Source: Obrimoposthia wandeli (taxonomy: Eukaryota). From it: DNA of 64,000 nt. The first letter of the stretch is position 1; the number at the start of each line of letters is the position of its first letter. The position numbers and the translations under genes were made by a program. This document shows positions 51,535 through 61,868 of the stretch, one piece after another. The notes below the pieces were generated by a model. The model did no database searches. It was not told the DNA's origin and saw nothing but the letters and a program-made list of their open reading frames with translations. The stretch covers positions 62,001 to 126,000 of the forward strand of contig CDROCS010001089.1 of assembly GCA_977020255.1 (NCBI GenBank), written 5' to 3'.

Positions 51535-52151
51535 TTTTATACGCAATCTCATTTCAAACGTAATTAGCAGTGACTAATTACATTTGAAAGACTGATTTTG
51601 CTGAAGGTCGCTGAAAGGAATACTGTGATGAATGAAATCGCGGTATTCCTTATCTTTTTTCCATAGTATTTTTTAAACGCTGCACAACTAAGCTTCTTCT
51701 CTAACATGTAATATTGAAGAAACTATTAACTTCTGATCACTAAGTGTAAAGCGACGTGAGCTTACAATTAAATATTCAAATATCATATTTTCGTCTCCTT
51801 TACCTAACACTTAAATCTACTGTATAATTTGCCATTTTTCATACTTCTCCCTTGACGCTCTCCTATCTATTTAAATTAATTAGCTTTATTTTTTTATACC
51901 AATAGTAACTTCAAACGACAAACTTGATCTAAAATAGTACAAGTAAGATAAATTCTTTAATCACTTATATTCCATAGCTAACAAATAATTAAACGTTTTA
52001 TGCGGCTATCATTCAGCTAGTTTTGGAATTTCTCTTACTCTCTATTTACCCAACTGTTGTTTGTGCGGGCTAATAAAGCAGAACATTAGCAAAACGATTG
52101 CTGGATTCAAGTAATGAATGCGAATCTTTCTTGTGAGATGTATCGAGAGCA

Positions 52152-54107
52152 ATGAGTATACAATGCGATAATTTAACCACCGCTGTGTGGATATATGACA
52201 TAGATAATTTTTGTATCCACTGGGCTAATACCGCAGCTTTAAAACTGTGGGAAGCCTCTTCACTGGCAGAGCTTTGCGCTAGAGATTTTAAACCTGGCAC
52301 CTCAGATGCCGTGCAAAAAACTTTATTAGGCTATAAAGAATCCTTCAAAAAACAACAAGTGCTATCAATGTATTGGGACTTTACCCCGAAAGATATCCCT
52401 AAACAGGCCTTTTGCCTGTTCTCTGGATACTCATTCACGGATGGTCGTATTGGTTTAGCTTGCGAGGCAATATCAGCAACGCTGATCACCGATAATATGT
52501 CCCGTAACACTAGTGTCATGCTATCTACCTATGACACCAACGGGAATTTCATTAGCGCAAATCCACCTTTTGCGGCCGCGATGGGCACCAAAATATATCA
52601 TTTAAAGCAAGTGCTGCATAATGATGATAATGTTAAAAACATTATTGGTACTTTGATGCACCAACAGCAGCTAAACATTGACAGATTACTAGCAACAGAT
52701 AGCGGTGAGCTGTGGTTTAATTTACAAATATCTTTATCAGATGCGAAACTCGATGCTAGCGAAATCCTCATTCAGCAGCTCAATATCAACGAAAGAAAAC
52801 TAGAGCAAATCTATTTAACACAACAAGCCTACACTGACCCCCTAACAGGTTTACTAAATAGACGCGGACTTACTCAGCAATTAGAAAAAAGAATAGACGA
52901 TGACACTGAGTTTTTTATTTATTATATCGATCTAGACAGTTTCAAAATGATCAACGATGCTATGGGCCACGCAGTAGGGGATTTAGTATTAAAAGCATTA
53001 GCTAAACGCTTAAAAAGTAAAATTTTCAATAGTCCAATTGCCTGCCGTTTTGGCGGAGATGAGTTCATATTAATCGTCAACAAAGATAATACTAATCAAA
53101 CACAAATGGGTATCGCTAAAAAGTTACTCAAGCTTACTAACCAGCCATACACTGATAGCACTGGCAACCCTATTTTGGTTTCTGCTAGTGTCGGTAGCGC
53201 AAACTTTCCAAAAGATGGCACTGATCTTAATAAGTTATTGCTCAGGGCCGATGCAGCAATGTACGTAGCAAAGTCTCAGGGAAAAAAGCGCGGTATCCGT
53301 TACACCAAAGGAATGGAAGATAAGCTACAAAGAAGTAGTTTAGTGGCCAGGTATTTATATTTAGCCATAGAACACTCAGAGTTTGAGCTACATTATCAGC
53401 CCGTTATCGATACTTTAGATCAAAGAATTCATTCATTTGAAGCTATATTGCACTGGAATAATGCGGTATTGGGGTTCGTGCCGACCGAGGAAATAATGCA
53501 AGTCGGCGAGAGTATCGGCATCATAACTGAAATTGGCAATTGGGTGATCAATCAAGCCTTGAGTGATTTATCCCAGTTGCGGCAAGACACATACTCCCAA
53601 GCCCTTATTAGTATTAACATTCATGACTTACACTTCCAAGAAACCCTGTTACACGACTATTTGCAACAAATGCTTGCGAAGCACCACCTGCTAGCTAACG
53701 ACCTTATGCTGGTGATACCAGAAACAACGTTATTAAAGGATCTTAATCAACAGTGCATTGCTGCTTCTTTAGCAAAAAAAGGCTTTAATTTAGCCATTGC
53801 TGAATTTGGAACGGGCTTATCAACCTTAGCTTTCTTACACCAAATGGCGATCAATACCATTAAGATTGATCGTTGTTTCACTGCAAACTTTGAGCAAAAC
53901 CCAACTATATTGACGAGCCTGCAACAGCTACTCAAATCATTAGATTTAACTATCATAATTGAAGGCGTTTTGCACAAACAACAATCAGAACAGCTACATT
54001 TGATAGGTATTAACTTGCAACAAGGCCTCACCCTTGCAGAACCTAAACCACTGAGTTTCTACATAGAACAAGCCAATGTTGGCAGGCAGGCGAAACTAAA
54101 TTTTTAA
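52152..54107 (+). CDS. PAS-like/GGDEF/degenerate EAL protein
   Basis: TDPLTGLLNRR, DLDSFKMIND, RFGGDEF intact; EAL motifs altered (EAILHW, AEFGTGLS, EGVL). Confidence 0.88.
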   Translation: MSIQCDNLTTAVWIYDIDNFCIHWANTAALKLWEASSLAELCARDFKPGTSDAVQKTLLGYKESFKKQQVLSMYWDFTPKDIPKQAFCLFSGYSFTDGRIGLACEAISATLITDNMSRNTSVMLSTYDTNGNFISANPPFAAAMGTKIYHLKQVLHNDDNVKNIIGTLMHQQQLNIDRLLATDSGELWFNLQISLSDAKLDASEILIQQLNINERKLEQIYLTQQAYTDPLTGLLNRRGLTQQLEKRIDDDTEFFIYYIDLDSFKMINDAMGHAVGDLVLKALAKRLKSKIFNSPIACRFGGDEFILIVNKDNTNQTQMGIAKKLLKLTNQPYTDSTGNPILVSASVGSANFPKDGTDLNKLLLRADAAMYVAKSQGKKRGIRYTKGMEDKLQRSSLVARYLYLAIEHSEFELHYQPVIDTLDQRIHSFEAILHWNNAVLGFVPTEEIMQVGESIGIITEIGNWVINQALSDLSQLRQDTYSQALISINIHDLHFQETLLHDYLQQMLAKHHLLANDLMLVIPETTLLKDLNQQCIAASLAKKGFNLAIAEFGTGLSTLAFLHQMAINTIKIDRCFTANFEQNPTILTSLQQLLKSLDLTIIIEGVLHKQQSEQLHLIGINLQQGLTLAEPKPLSFYIEQANVGRQAKLNF

Positions 54108-54159
54108 CCTGTTTAAACAGTACATTTTCGTGTCAGTATTTAGCTTCGTTAACAGCGGT

Positions 54160-54193
54160 CCGGTTAAAAAGTGCAAGCCATCTAACTCATTGA
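54160..54193 (+). mobile_element. Short end-fragment of the MITE-like repeat
   Basis: CCGGTTAAAAAGTGCAAGCCATCTAACTCATTGA, 29/34 identical to the inverted right end of 13131-13270; between convergent genes. Confidence 0.6.
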
Positions 54194-54206
54194 GCTGATT
54201 TAGGTT

Positions 54207-55076
54207 TTATTTAAATACCACTGTTTTGTTCCCATCTAAGAAAACTCTGTGTTCTATGTGCATTTTCACCGCTTTGGCTAATGCAAATGTTTCTGTATCC
54301 CTGCCGACAGCAACTAATGAATTTGCATCATAAGTGTGATCAACTAATTGCACAGACTGCTCAATAATAGGACCTTCATCTAAATCTGGAGTGACGTAAT
54401 GGGCCGTTGCACCGATTAATTTTACACCTCTAACATGTGCTTGATGATAAGGTTTTGCTCCCTTAAAACCAGGCAAAAATGAATGATGAATATTAATCGC
54501 CCTACCTTTAAGCTCTGTGCATAAGTTATCCGTTAACACTTGCATGTACCTCGCCAGTACAACCAACTCAGTTTGTGTCTCTTCGACTATGTCCAGTAAA
54601 GCCAATTCTTGCTCACGCTTATTATCTTTGGTGATAGGCAAATAAATAAAACGTATGCCTTCTCTTTCTGCCATTGGCCTAAGATCTAGGTGATTAGAGA
54701 CGATAGCCGTCACTTCCATATTAAGCTCACCTTTACGCAGCCTATAAAGTAAGTCATCTAAACAGTGGTCAAACTTACTCACCATGATCAGTACTTTAGA
54801 AGGTTTAGTGGCGTCCACTAAGCTCCATGTAAGATCCAAATGCTCGGCCAACTCTGCAAATTGATTTTCTAGGTCTGCTAATGTGCAATCCCCAGATTCG
54901 ATATAACCCACTGCACGCATAAAAAACTGTTTGGTATCGGGGTCATCATACTGCGATAAACCGCTGATATAGCTGCCCCTTTCGGCGAGAAAGCTAGTCA
55001 CGCTAGACACTATACCGCTTTTCGCAGTACAGCTGACTTTTAGTATGAATTGATGGTTAGAGTTAACTTCATTCAT
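54207..55076 (-). CDS. purU: Formyltetrahydrofolate deformylase
   Basis: N-terminal ACT domain, VLIMVSK..HCL.DLL, VLARYMQVL, INIHHSFLPGFKGAKPYHQAH.RGVK. Confidence 0.96.
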   Translation of the reverse strand: MNEVNSNHQFILKVSCTAKSGIVSSVTSFLAERGSYISGLSQYDDPDTKQFFMRAVGYIESGDCTLADLENQFAELAEHLDLTWSLVDATKPSKVLIMVSKFDHCLDDLLYRLRKGELNMEVTAIVSNHLDLRPMAEREGIRFIYLPITKDNKREQELALLDIVEETQTELVVLARYMQVLTDNLCTELKGRAINIHHSFLPGFKGAKPYHQAHVRGVKLIGATAHYVTPDLDEGPIIEQSVQLVDHTYDANSLVAVGRDTETFALAKAVKMHIEHRVFLDGNKTVVFK

Positions 55077-55375
55077 GATTATGCCCTGTATGTGTAAATA
55101 ATATTTTTATTCATCATTCAAAATCGCTATTAACTTCTCTTGAATAACTGCAATATAAGAAAGCTGTATGCTTTCAATAGATGACCGAAACAGCTGTTTC
55201 TAGAGTTCTCTGTCTAGCGAATTTAAAATATTTTTAGGAGGTCTCATTAAATACCTCTAATAGTATAAAACTTAAACTGGCGCCTAACTCATCATTGACT
55301 ACACGAACTCATTTCAAGTCGTTAGCTATAGTCAGATAAGTTGGCGACCAGATTAATATCGCTATTAAAATGTCC

Positions 55376-56833
55376 TTATGTAATTTCGGCCTCAGCTTTA
55401 CTCTTCGCTAATTTCAATTCCTCTTCTGAAATTTTAGGCGAGAACCAACCGAGCGCCGCGTATGTACAACCAATAACAGGAGACAACCAGCAGGCGAAAG
55501 CGAGTGGGATGTAAAGTAAGTTTTCCATATTGCCATCACTGATACCTAATCCAAGCGCGGTGATAACAAATGCACCACCTGCATTCCAGGGAATTAACGG
55601 CGAAATTAAAGTGCCGCCTTCTTCAATTGCTCTAGATAAATTAAGTTTTGAATAGCCTTGCTCGACATAGGCAGGTGCAAACATTCGCCCCGGCAGAGCA
55701 ATAGATAAGTAAGGATCGCCAGCCACTGCATTGGTTGCTATTGCTGAAGTAGTTGCCGCTAAATGCAAACCAAAGAAGCCGTTCACACGGCGCATAATGG
55801 CTTCAATAATGGTACCTAAGCATCCTGTGCGTTCGAGTGCACCACCAAATCCTAAGGCAATCATAACTAGCGTGATGACCCAAGTCATAGATTGGATGCC
55901 ACCTCGGTTTAACAAGCTGTCAATTTCGCTAACACCAGTGTCTATTTTATAACCAGACTGCATAAAACCAAACACATCATGCAATGATGATCCTTGTACA
56001 AACATTGCCATTAACGCGCCAACAACAACACCTGCAAACAATGAAGGTAAGGCTGGCATTTTTTTCAAGGCTAAGATAATAACTAGTACTGGCGCTAATA
56101 ATAAGTACCATGAAAGCTCGAAATTCTGCTCTAGCCCAAGCATTATTGCATCAATTTTAGAAAAATCTACCGTATTTGAACTGGCAATGTTAAAGCCGGC
56201 AAACACGTAAATAGCCAGCGCAATCAACATCGCTGGCACAGTAGTCGGCATCATATTACGAATATGGTCGAATAGATTAACACCTGTGACCGCCGGTGCT
56301 AAGTTTGTAGTATCTGACAGAGGAGATATCTTATCACCAAAGAAAGCACCAGAGACAACGGCACCTGCTGTCCAGTACATAGGAATGTCAAAACCAGCCC
56401 CAATACCCATTAAAGCTAGACCGACAGTCCCTACCGTGCCCCATGAAGTACCTAGTGACACCGACACTACTGCACATAGCAGCATCGCAGCTCCTAGAAA
56501 TAATTCCGGTGAAAGCAGTTTCAATCCGTAGTAAATTAAGACTGGAACTGTGCCACTGGCAATCCAGACGCCGACAATCATGCCGACTGTCATTAATATC
56601 GCGATTGATGGCAATCCAACCCGTATGACTTGCATCACTCCGCCTTCAATGTCATCCCAGGTATAGCCTCGCATCCACGCAAGGACCGCAGTAATTGCTA
56701 ATCCGATCGCCAAAGGTACATGAGGAGTAAAGTCTTTATAGTAAAAAAGCTGCACTCCAAGGACGGCAAGCGTAAGGAGGATTGGCAGTAATGCTTCACC
56801 GAGGGTGGGCTTCAAATTTTTTTTATTAATCAT
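55376..56833 (-). CDS. nhaC: NhaC-family Na+/H+ antiporter / amino-acid or organic-acid transporter
   Basis: GTSWGTVGTVG, SGAFFGDKISPLSDTTNLA, SRAIEEGGT, IPWNAGG; start moved to ATG 56833 after a GAGG RBS. Confidence 0.88.
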   Translation of the reverse strand: MINKKNLKPTLGEALLPILLTLAVLGVQLFYYKDFTPHVPLAIGLAITAVLAWMRGYTWDDIEGGVMQVIRVGLPSIAILMTVGMIVGVWIASGTVPVLIYYGLKLLSPELFLGAAMLLCAVVSVSLGTSWGTVGTVGLALMGIGAGFDIPMYWTAGAVVSGAFFGDKISPLSDTTNLAPAVTGVNLFDHIRNMMPTTVPAMLIALAIYVFAGFNIASSNTVDFSKIDAIMLGLEQNFELSWYLLLAPVLVIILALKKMPALPSLFAGVVVGALMAMFVQGSSLHDVFGFMQSGYKIDTGVSEIDSLLNRGGIQSMTWVITLVMIALGFGGALERTGCLGTIIEAIMRRVNGFFGLHLAATTSAIATNAVAGDPYLSIALPGRMFAPAYVEQGYSKLNLSRAIEEGGTLISPLIPWNAGGAFVITALGLGISDGNMENLLYIPLAFACWLSPVIGCTYAALGWFSPKISEEELKLAKSKAEAEIT

Positions 56834-57327
56834 CTTTTCCTCTTTGTTCATTTAAATGTGTTGCAGATAACAGATGCATTTAAATTGACACACCCGCTAC
56901 TAGATTTCGCGGACTGATTGTATTGCATTGTGTAGCTTGCGATTGTTTGTTCTCACGACAAATAGGCCATCAATTGCGACAAGGAAGAGTGTAGAATCGG
57001 TAATGACGAGCACTTACAGCACCAATAAAACGCAGCTCAGCGCCGCCAATAAGCTACTTAAGCTACTTAAGCTTATTCTGTCGGTAACCATTGTTGGGCT
57101 GGCTCGTGGCCAACGCGCATTTCCCTAAAGACGACTATCACTTACGGCTGGCATCTTGAATACATCGTGAAATCACTGGGGAAAAGTGCAATATTTGCTG
57201 CAGCAAATGAATGAAAAATAGTCTACACAGCAATGGCTGCCAAGAGATATTAGCTTGGAACAAGACACGATACTCAGTTAACTTAATCCATGTAGCTGTA
57301 AGCTATGGTGTCAATATTTGAAGCGCT

Positions 57328-57852
57328 TTATTGCGCTTCACTAATGTAAAAGCGGTTAATTATTTCTTTAACTTCTTTAATTAAAACATTTGGAAATTGT
57401 CGATAATCAAAATAGGGACTATATAGCAATAACATGCCTTGCTGATTGGTTTTATAAAAAACGCGTTTACAACTACTTTGGCGCATATTACTGAGCGCAT
57501 CATCATCAACATTAAAACGCTGCCAGCATTGCTTGCCACTAAAAATATGTACTGTTGCTTGCTCACTTATCTGGGAAGTAAAATTGATCTGCTCTTCTTG
57601 TTGAAGCAGCTGTGAATCTCGATATACTTTCCAATCATCATCACTGCACAGCTTTGCAAATATGGTAAATATTTTTCGCCAATGGTTGCCGTTTTTTTCG
57701 ATCAATTCAGCTACGTGCGCTACATTCCCCTCTAAAGTAAGCGGCTGATTATCGATATAAAGCACGATTCTTGGCTGCGTAACACCTAGGCTGGCAACTC
57801 TTAGTTGTTGTGTCTGCAAAATGACTCCAAAAATTATTATCAACAAGCACAA
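57328..57852 (-). CDS. Conserved hypothetical protein (resembles DUF6942 family)
   Basis: NGNHWRKIFTIFAKL and SPYFDYRQ motifs; family name from memory; true start uncertain. Confidence 0.5.
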   Translation of the reverse strand: MCLLIIIFGVILQTQQLRVASLGVTQPRIVLYIDNQPLTLEGNVAHVAELIEKNGNHWRKIFTIFAKLCSDDDWKVYRDSQLLQQEEQINFTSQISEQATVHIFSGKQCWQRFNVDDDALSNMRQSSCKRVFYKTNQQGMLLLYSPYFDYRQFPNVLIKEVKEIINRFYISEAQ

Positions 57853-57951
57853 TATAATTATGCTTTTGTGAATATCAACCCGCTACTTCTGTTAAAATGC
57901 GCCATTCTTCAGATTGAAAAATCAATATTTCATGCCAACTAGGGTAGCAAC

Positions 57952-59328
57952 ATGAACATAACGTGCTTTACCGACCTTCCTCTAAGTGATGACACACTTG
58001 CAGACTTATCACATCTAGGCTATGTCAAACCAACCCCAATACAAGCGCAGGCACTTCCTGTTGTGCTAGCTGGTAATGATATTCAAGCCAAAGCAGAAAC
58101 CGGTAGCGGTAAAACAGCTGCTTTTGGTATTGCTATTATCGAAAAAATTGATTTAAGTTTAAAAAAACCTCAAGCGCTTATCATTGCTCCAACAAGAGAG
58201 CTCTGCAACCAAATTACCAGTGCTATGCGCACCTTTGGCCGTTCAAAAGCCAACTTGCGAGTCGTCACTTTATGCGGAGGCACCGCAAAGCATCCACAGC
58301 GTGACAGCCTAAAACAGGGTGTGCATATCATTGTTGGTACACCTGGTCGCCTTATTGATCACTTACAAGGCGAACATCTAGATTTAAGCGCTATGCAAAT
58401 CGTGGTACTAGATGAAGCAGATCGCATGCTAGATATGGGGTTTGCACCGCAAATTGGTGACATAGTAGGTCATTTTCCTGATGTTCACCAAACATTACTT
58501 TTTTCAGCAACTTTCAATCAACAAGCTAGAGAGTTAGCTAATGCCATTACAGATGATGCTGTATACATTGAAGTAGAAGCTGAGCAAACGACTGAGAATC
58601 TCAAACAGAAGCTTTGTCGTTGCACAACCGAAAACAGAGACCAAACTATCCACAACTTGTTAATTCAATCTCAGTTTGAATCTTGCATCATTTTTTGTAA
58701 TACCAAAAAAGTTTGTCATCAATTGCGTATCTATTTACGTAACATGGGCCATGCAGCGCTAACTTTGCACGGTGACTTAGAACAAAACGAGCGTGAAGAT
58801 ATATTAGTACAATTCTCTCAGAACAGCGCCACCATCCTAATTGCTACTGATGTAGCCGCAAGAGGCTTGGATATTGAAGCGGTGCCGGGAATCATTAATT
58901 ATGATGTACCAACAGACCCTGCCACTTACACACACCGTATTGGCCGCACTGCGCGTGCTGGTAAATCAGGTGTAGCGATTACTTTGTGTTCTAACCAAGA
59001 AAGCCATCGCTGGGAACGTATTTTAGAACTACAAGAAGCGGTTGTTGACCCTATTCTTAGCAAAGATGCACTAGGCAAATCACCGCTATTCGCCCCTTTT
59101 AAAACTATCTGTATTTTAGGTGGCAGAAAGCAAAAGCTAAGACCAGGAGACTTATTAGGCGCACTGACCAAAGATGATAACTTGAGCCGTGAGCAAATTG
59201 GCAAGATAGATGTTATGCAAACGGTAAGTTACGTAGCCATTACTAACTCTTACGCCAAGCAGGCACTTAATCAAATACAAAGTGGTCGTATTAAAGGTAA
59301 GAAATATCGAGCGAAAATTTTAAACTAA
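57952..59328 (+). CDS. dbpA: ATP-dependent RNA helicase DbpA
   Basis: AETGSGKT, PTREL, DEAD, FSAT, HRIGRTAR; C-terminal RNA-binding domain GGRKQKLRPGDLLGALT. Confidence 0.93.
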   Translation: MNITCFTDLPLSDDTLADLSHLGYVKPTPIQAQALPVVLAGNDIQAKAETGSGKTAAFGIAIIEKIDLSLKKPQALIIAPTRELCNQITSAMRTFGRSKANLRVVTLCGGTAKHPQRDSLKQGVHIIVGTPGRLIDHLQGEHLDLSAMQIVVLDEADRMLDMGFAPQIGDIVGHFPDVHQTLLFSATFNQQARELANAITDDAVYIEVEAEQTTENLKQKLCRCTTENRDQTIHNLLIQSQFESCIIFCNTKKVCHQLRIYLRNMGHAALTLHGDLEQNEREDILVQFSQNSATILIATDVAARGLDIEAVPGIINYDVPTDPATYTHRIGRTARAGKSGVAITLCSNQESHRWERILELQEAVVDPILSKDALGKSPLFAPFKTICILGGRKQKLRPGDLLGALTKDDNLSREQIGKIDVMQTVSYVAITNSYAKQALNQIQSGRIKGKKYRAKILN

Positions 59329-59511
59329 TAACCCGTCCACTTTGAAAAGCGAAGGTTAGCTGGCACTGGTAGCACAGTACCCTCTACCTTTTGTATAAAT
59401 TAAATGTTCTATAATCAGTTACCAAATTAATAAAATATTCAGGTTGCAATATTACTACTTTTGTAGCTATTGCAAATTTTGTTAAGCGTACTGATTGCTT
59501 TAACAGTTCAT

Positions 59512-59787
59512 TTATTTCTTTGTTTTGTCACTGTAAAAACTATCTTCGTAATACATGCCTTTTATCTCAAGCTTTTTTTCAACCCAACGGTTAAAACGGC
59601 TCCAAATAAAAAACGCAGGCGTCATTCCCAAACCTATCCCCAGCATTAAACCACTGCCTTTATACTCTAGCGGCATCAACTCAGTCATATAATCAAAAAA
59701 CTGAAAATGCTGTAACACGTAATACCACAAGACAAGAAAGGCAAAAGCAAGGGCTGTCGCTAGATGGTGTTTTAAATTTTTACTCAA
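59512..59787 (-). CDS. Small membrane protein, hypothetical
   Basis: Two hydrophobic segments; ends with IKGMYYEDSFY; TTG start after AGGA. Confidence 0.65.
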   Translation of the reverse strand: MSKNLKHHLATALAFAFLVLWYYVLQHFQFFDYMTELMPLEYKGSGLMLGIGLGMTPAFFIWSRFNRWVEKKLEIKGMYYEDSFYSDKTKK

Positions 59788-59960
59788 TGTACTTCCTACT
59801 AAAACAGTTGTAAAAATGACTATTATTATCTATTAGCCAGCGGTAAGCAAAAACTTAAAACCCAAGCGCTACAAGCCTACATTTATACACAGCAAAAAAC
59901 ATTCGCTCCACCCAAGGTACTATTAACTCTTGGATGATTTAGGCTCCGCCTAATTCATCT

Positions 59961-60146
59961 CTAATAAATCAGCAGCCACAGAATGTTTTTCCAGTAAGCG
60001 AACTCTAAAATCACCCCTATAATCAAAAAAAGCAACACTAATACTGGGCCAAAAGCATACATCGTTTCTACTAAGCTTTGTGCAAATAAGCGCTTTTTAA
60101 TACGCTTAAAAACTGTGCTTTTATTCAATATTGCTGTCGGTTGCAT
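59961..60146 (-). CDS. Small membrane protein, hypothetical
   Basis: Strong AGGAGG RBS, C-terminal TM segment, 16 bp downstream of yacL. Confidence 0.6.
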   Translation of the reverse strand: MQPTAILNKSTVFKRIKKRLFAQSLVETMYAFGPVLVLLFLIIGVILEFAYWKNILWLLIY

Positions 60147-60162
60147 AGCTTATCCTCCTGAT

Positions 60163-60585
60163 TTAGCTAGTCTGTAAGTACCTTATCCAAGCCGCAAGTA
60201 ATTGCTGAAAATCTTCTAAACCACAGCTGGCCACTAAGCCCGATTCTGACACATGAAAGTCTTGTTCATCTTCAGCATATTCATCACTACTAAATTCGTA
60301 GTCATCTTGCTCACTTGTTAGTTCATCAGCTTGCTCTATCACAGCATTAGCTTTCACTATTGCCTGATCCCGCGTTAGTTCTAGGAAAAACTCACGCCCT
60401 TCGCATTCATACTGCCATTGGCTGCCAACTAACAGTTGTTCTACTGCCAATGCTATCTTGGCCAATTGCGTATGGCTGTGTTTACTCGACATTTCAATAT
60501 TAAGCCAGTGAGCAAAAGCTTCTCCCTCCATATTCAAGCGAGCCACTGGCTGACCGATATCGTTGCGAGTAAAACTATATTCCAC
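60163..60585 (-). CDS. yacL: YacL/UPF0231-family protein
   Basis: MEYSFTR, MEGEAFAHWL..E, SCGLEDF..LL.AW. Confidence 0.8.
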   Translation of the reverse strand: MEYSFTRNDIGQPVARLNMEGEAFAHWLNIEMSSKHSHTQLAKIALAVEQLLVGSQWQYECEGREFFLELTRDQAIVKANAVIEQADELTSEQDDYEFSSDEYAEDEQDFHVSESGLVASCGLEDFQQLLAAWIRYLQTS

Positions 60586-61093
60586 TGATCGCCCCTAATG
60601 ACGAGCAGCGAACATAAATTTCCGCAATTTCAGCGAGATACTGCTGATCTATCTCATCAAATCGCGCGACAATAGGACTATCAATATCTAGCACCGCAAA
60701 TACTTTCTCATTACGCAAAAGTGGCAAAACTATTTCAGAGTTAGAGGCCGCATCACAGGCGATATGGCCAGCAAATTGGTGAACATCGTCAATACGTTGA
60801 ATATCCCCCGTTGCTGCTGCTGTACCACAAACTCCTTTTCCTAAAGGAATACGTACACAGGCAACCTGCCCTTGAAACGGGCCTAAGACTAGCTGTGCAT
60901 CTTTAACATAATAAAAGCCAACCCAGTTAAGCTGTTCAAGATTATTAAATAGCAAAGCGCTTAAATTCGCAGCATTGGCTATAAAATCTGTTTCACCGCT
61001 CAATAACGCCTCTGCTTGCTTAACCAATAGCTGGTAACTTTGTTCTTTTTGCGATTCTTTATCCGAGAGTTTTTGCTGCATTGTTGTATTCAT
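60575..61093 (-). CDS. msrC: GAF-domain free methionine-(R)-sulfoxide reductase
   Basis: ANAANLSALL, NWVGFY, LGPFQGQVAC..IPLGKGVCG, HIACDAASNSEIVLP, VLDIDSP. Confidence 0.9.
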   Translation of the reverse strand: MNTTMQQKLSDKESQKEQSYQLLVKQAEALLSGETDFIANAANLSALLFNNLEQLNWVGFYYVKDAQLVLGPFQGQVACVRIPLGKGVCGTAAATGDIQRIDDVHQFAGHIACDAASNSEIVLPLLRNEKVFAVLDIDSPIVARFDEIDQQYLAEIAEIYVRCSSLGAISGI

Positions 61094-61142
61094 TTACGCT
61101 TGCTCTATTGATTAAATGCGAATCGCAGCTACTGGCGTTCGC

Positions 61143-61601
61143 TTATTTAAGATCATTTATTTCGGTGGTTGTGCGGTATCTTTTGGAAGTGACATAACCT
61201 TCCATAGAACCAATTTTTTCATCTAATTTGCGTAATCTGTCACGAATATCTTGTAACCGATTACTCGCAGACTTGCTGTAATTAAACACTTTATTACTAC
61301 GAGATTGGTGCTGGGTATTAGCTGATCGATAATCATCCGCTCTACTTACTGTAGGCTTATCTTCACGCTTAGCGATCATGAAAATAGCGACGATATAAGC
61401 AATTATCCCGAACTGAAAGGTGAATATAACTAAGCTGATACAAACCAACCTAGCGACCCATATTGGCACGTCAAAGTAATCAGCAAACCCCGCGCAGACG
61501 CCGGCAATTTTACCGTCTCTGCTATTGCGATACAAATTACGTTGGTAGCCATTTTCTTTTTTGGGTCTATTTGGATCTTTATTTCTATTTGAGCAACTCA
61601 T
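61143..61601 (-). CDS. pspC: Phage shock protein C
   Basis: LYRNSRDGKIAGVCAGFADYF, TM segment, EGYVTS tail; start moved to ATG 61601. Confidence 0.92.
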   Translation of the reverse strand: MSCSNRNKDPNRPKKENGYQRNLYRNSRDGKIAGVCAGFADYFDVPIWVARLVCISLVIFTFQFGIIAYIVAIFMIAKREDKPTVSRADDYRSANTQHQSRSNKVFNYSKSASNRLQDIRDRLRKLDEKIGSMEGYVTSKRYRTTTEINDLK

Positions 61602-61620
61602 AACTTCCCCTTTACTAAAA

Positions 61621-61857
61621 TTAGTGACTCTGGTTGCGCCATCCTTCGTGTTGATCATCCAAAATAGCTTCTAGATTGTTGATGCGCTCAGATAACTTTT
61701 CGATAGTTTGCACAGTGTCATCTATTACATCTTGATCTTGTGCTGACAATCCCTGTTTCTCTTTGCTTTTACTCCAGTAGTGCAAAACTAGCCATAGTGG
61801 TGCCACTATGACCAGAAAAACCACTAGCGGTACAAAGATAAATATCGTTCCTGACAT
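61621..61857 (-). CDS. pspB: Phage shock protein B
   Basis: VIVAPLWLVLHY, ERINNLEAILD; start moved to ATG 61857 after GGGAGG. Confidence 0.92.
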   Translation of the reverse strand: MSGTIFIFVPLVVFLVIVAPLWLVLHYWSKSKEKQGLSAQDQDVIDDTVQTIEKLSERINNLEAILDDQHEGWRNQSH

Positions 61858-61868
61858 ACTACCTCCCA

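Noticed and set aside
56852-57320. Lysine, glycine or ZMP riboswitch before nhaC/purU
   Set aside because: None of the conserved cores (AGAGGUGC...GAGCGCU, GGAGA...CCGAAG, GACUGG...CCUGGG) could be found on the minus strand.
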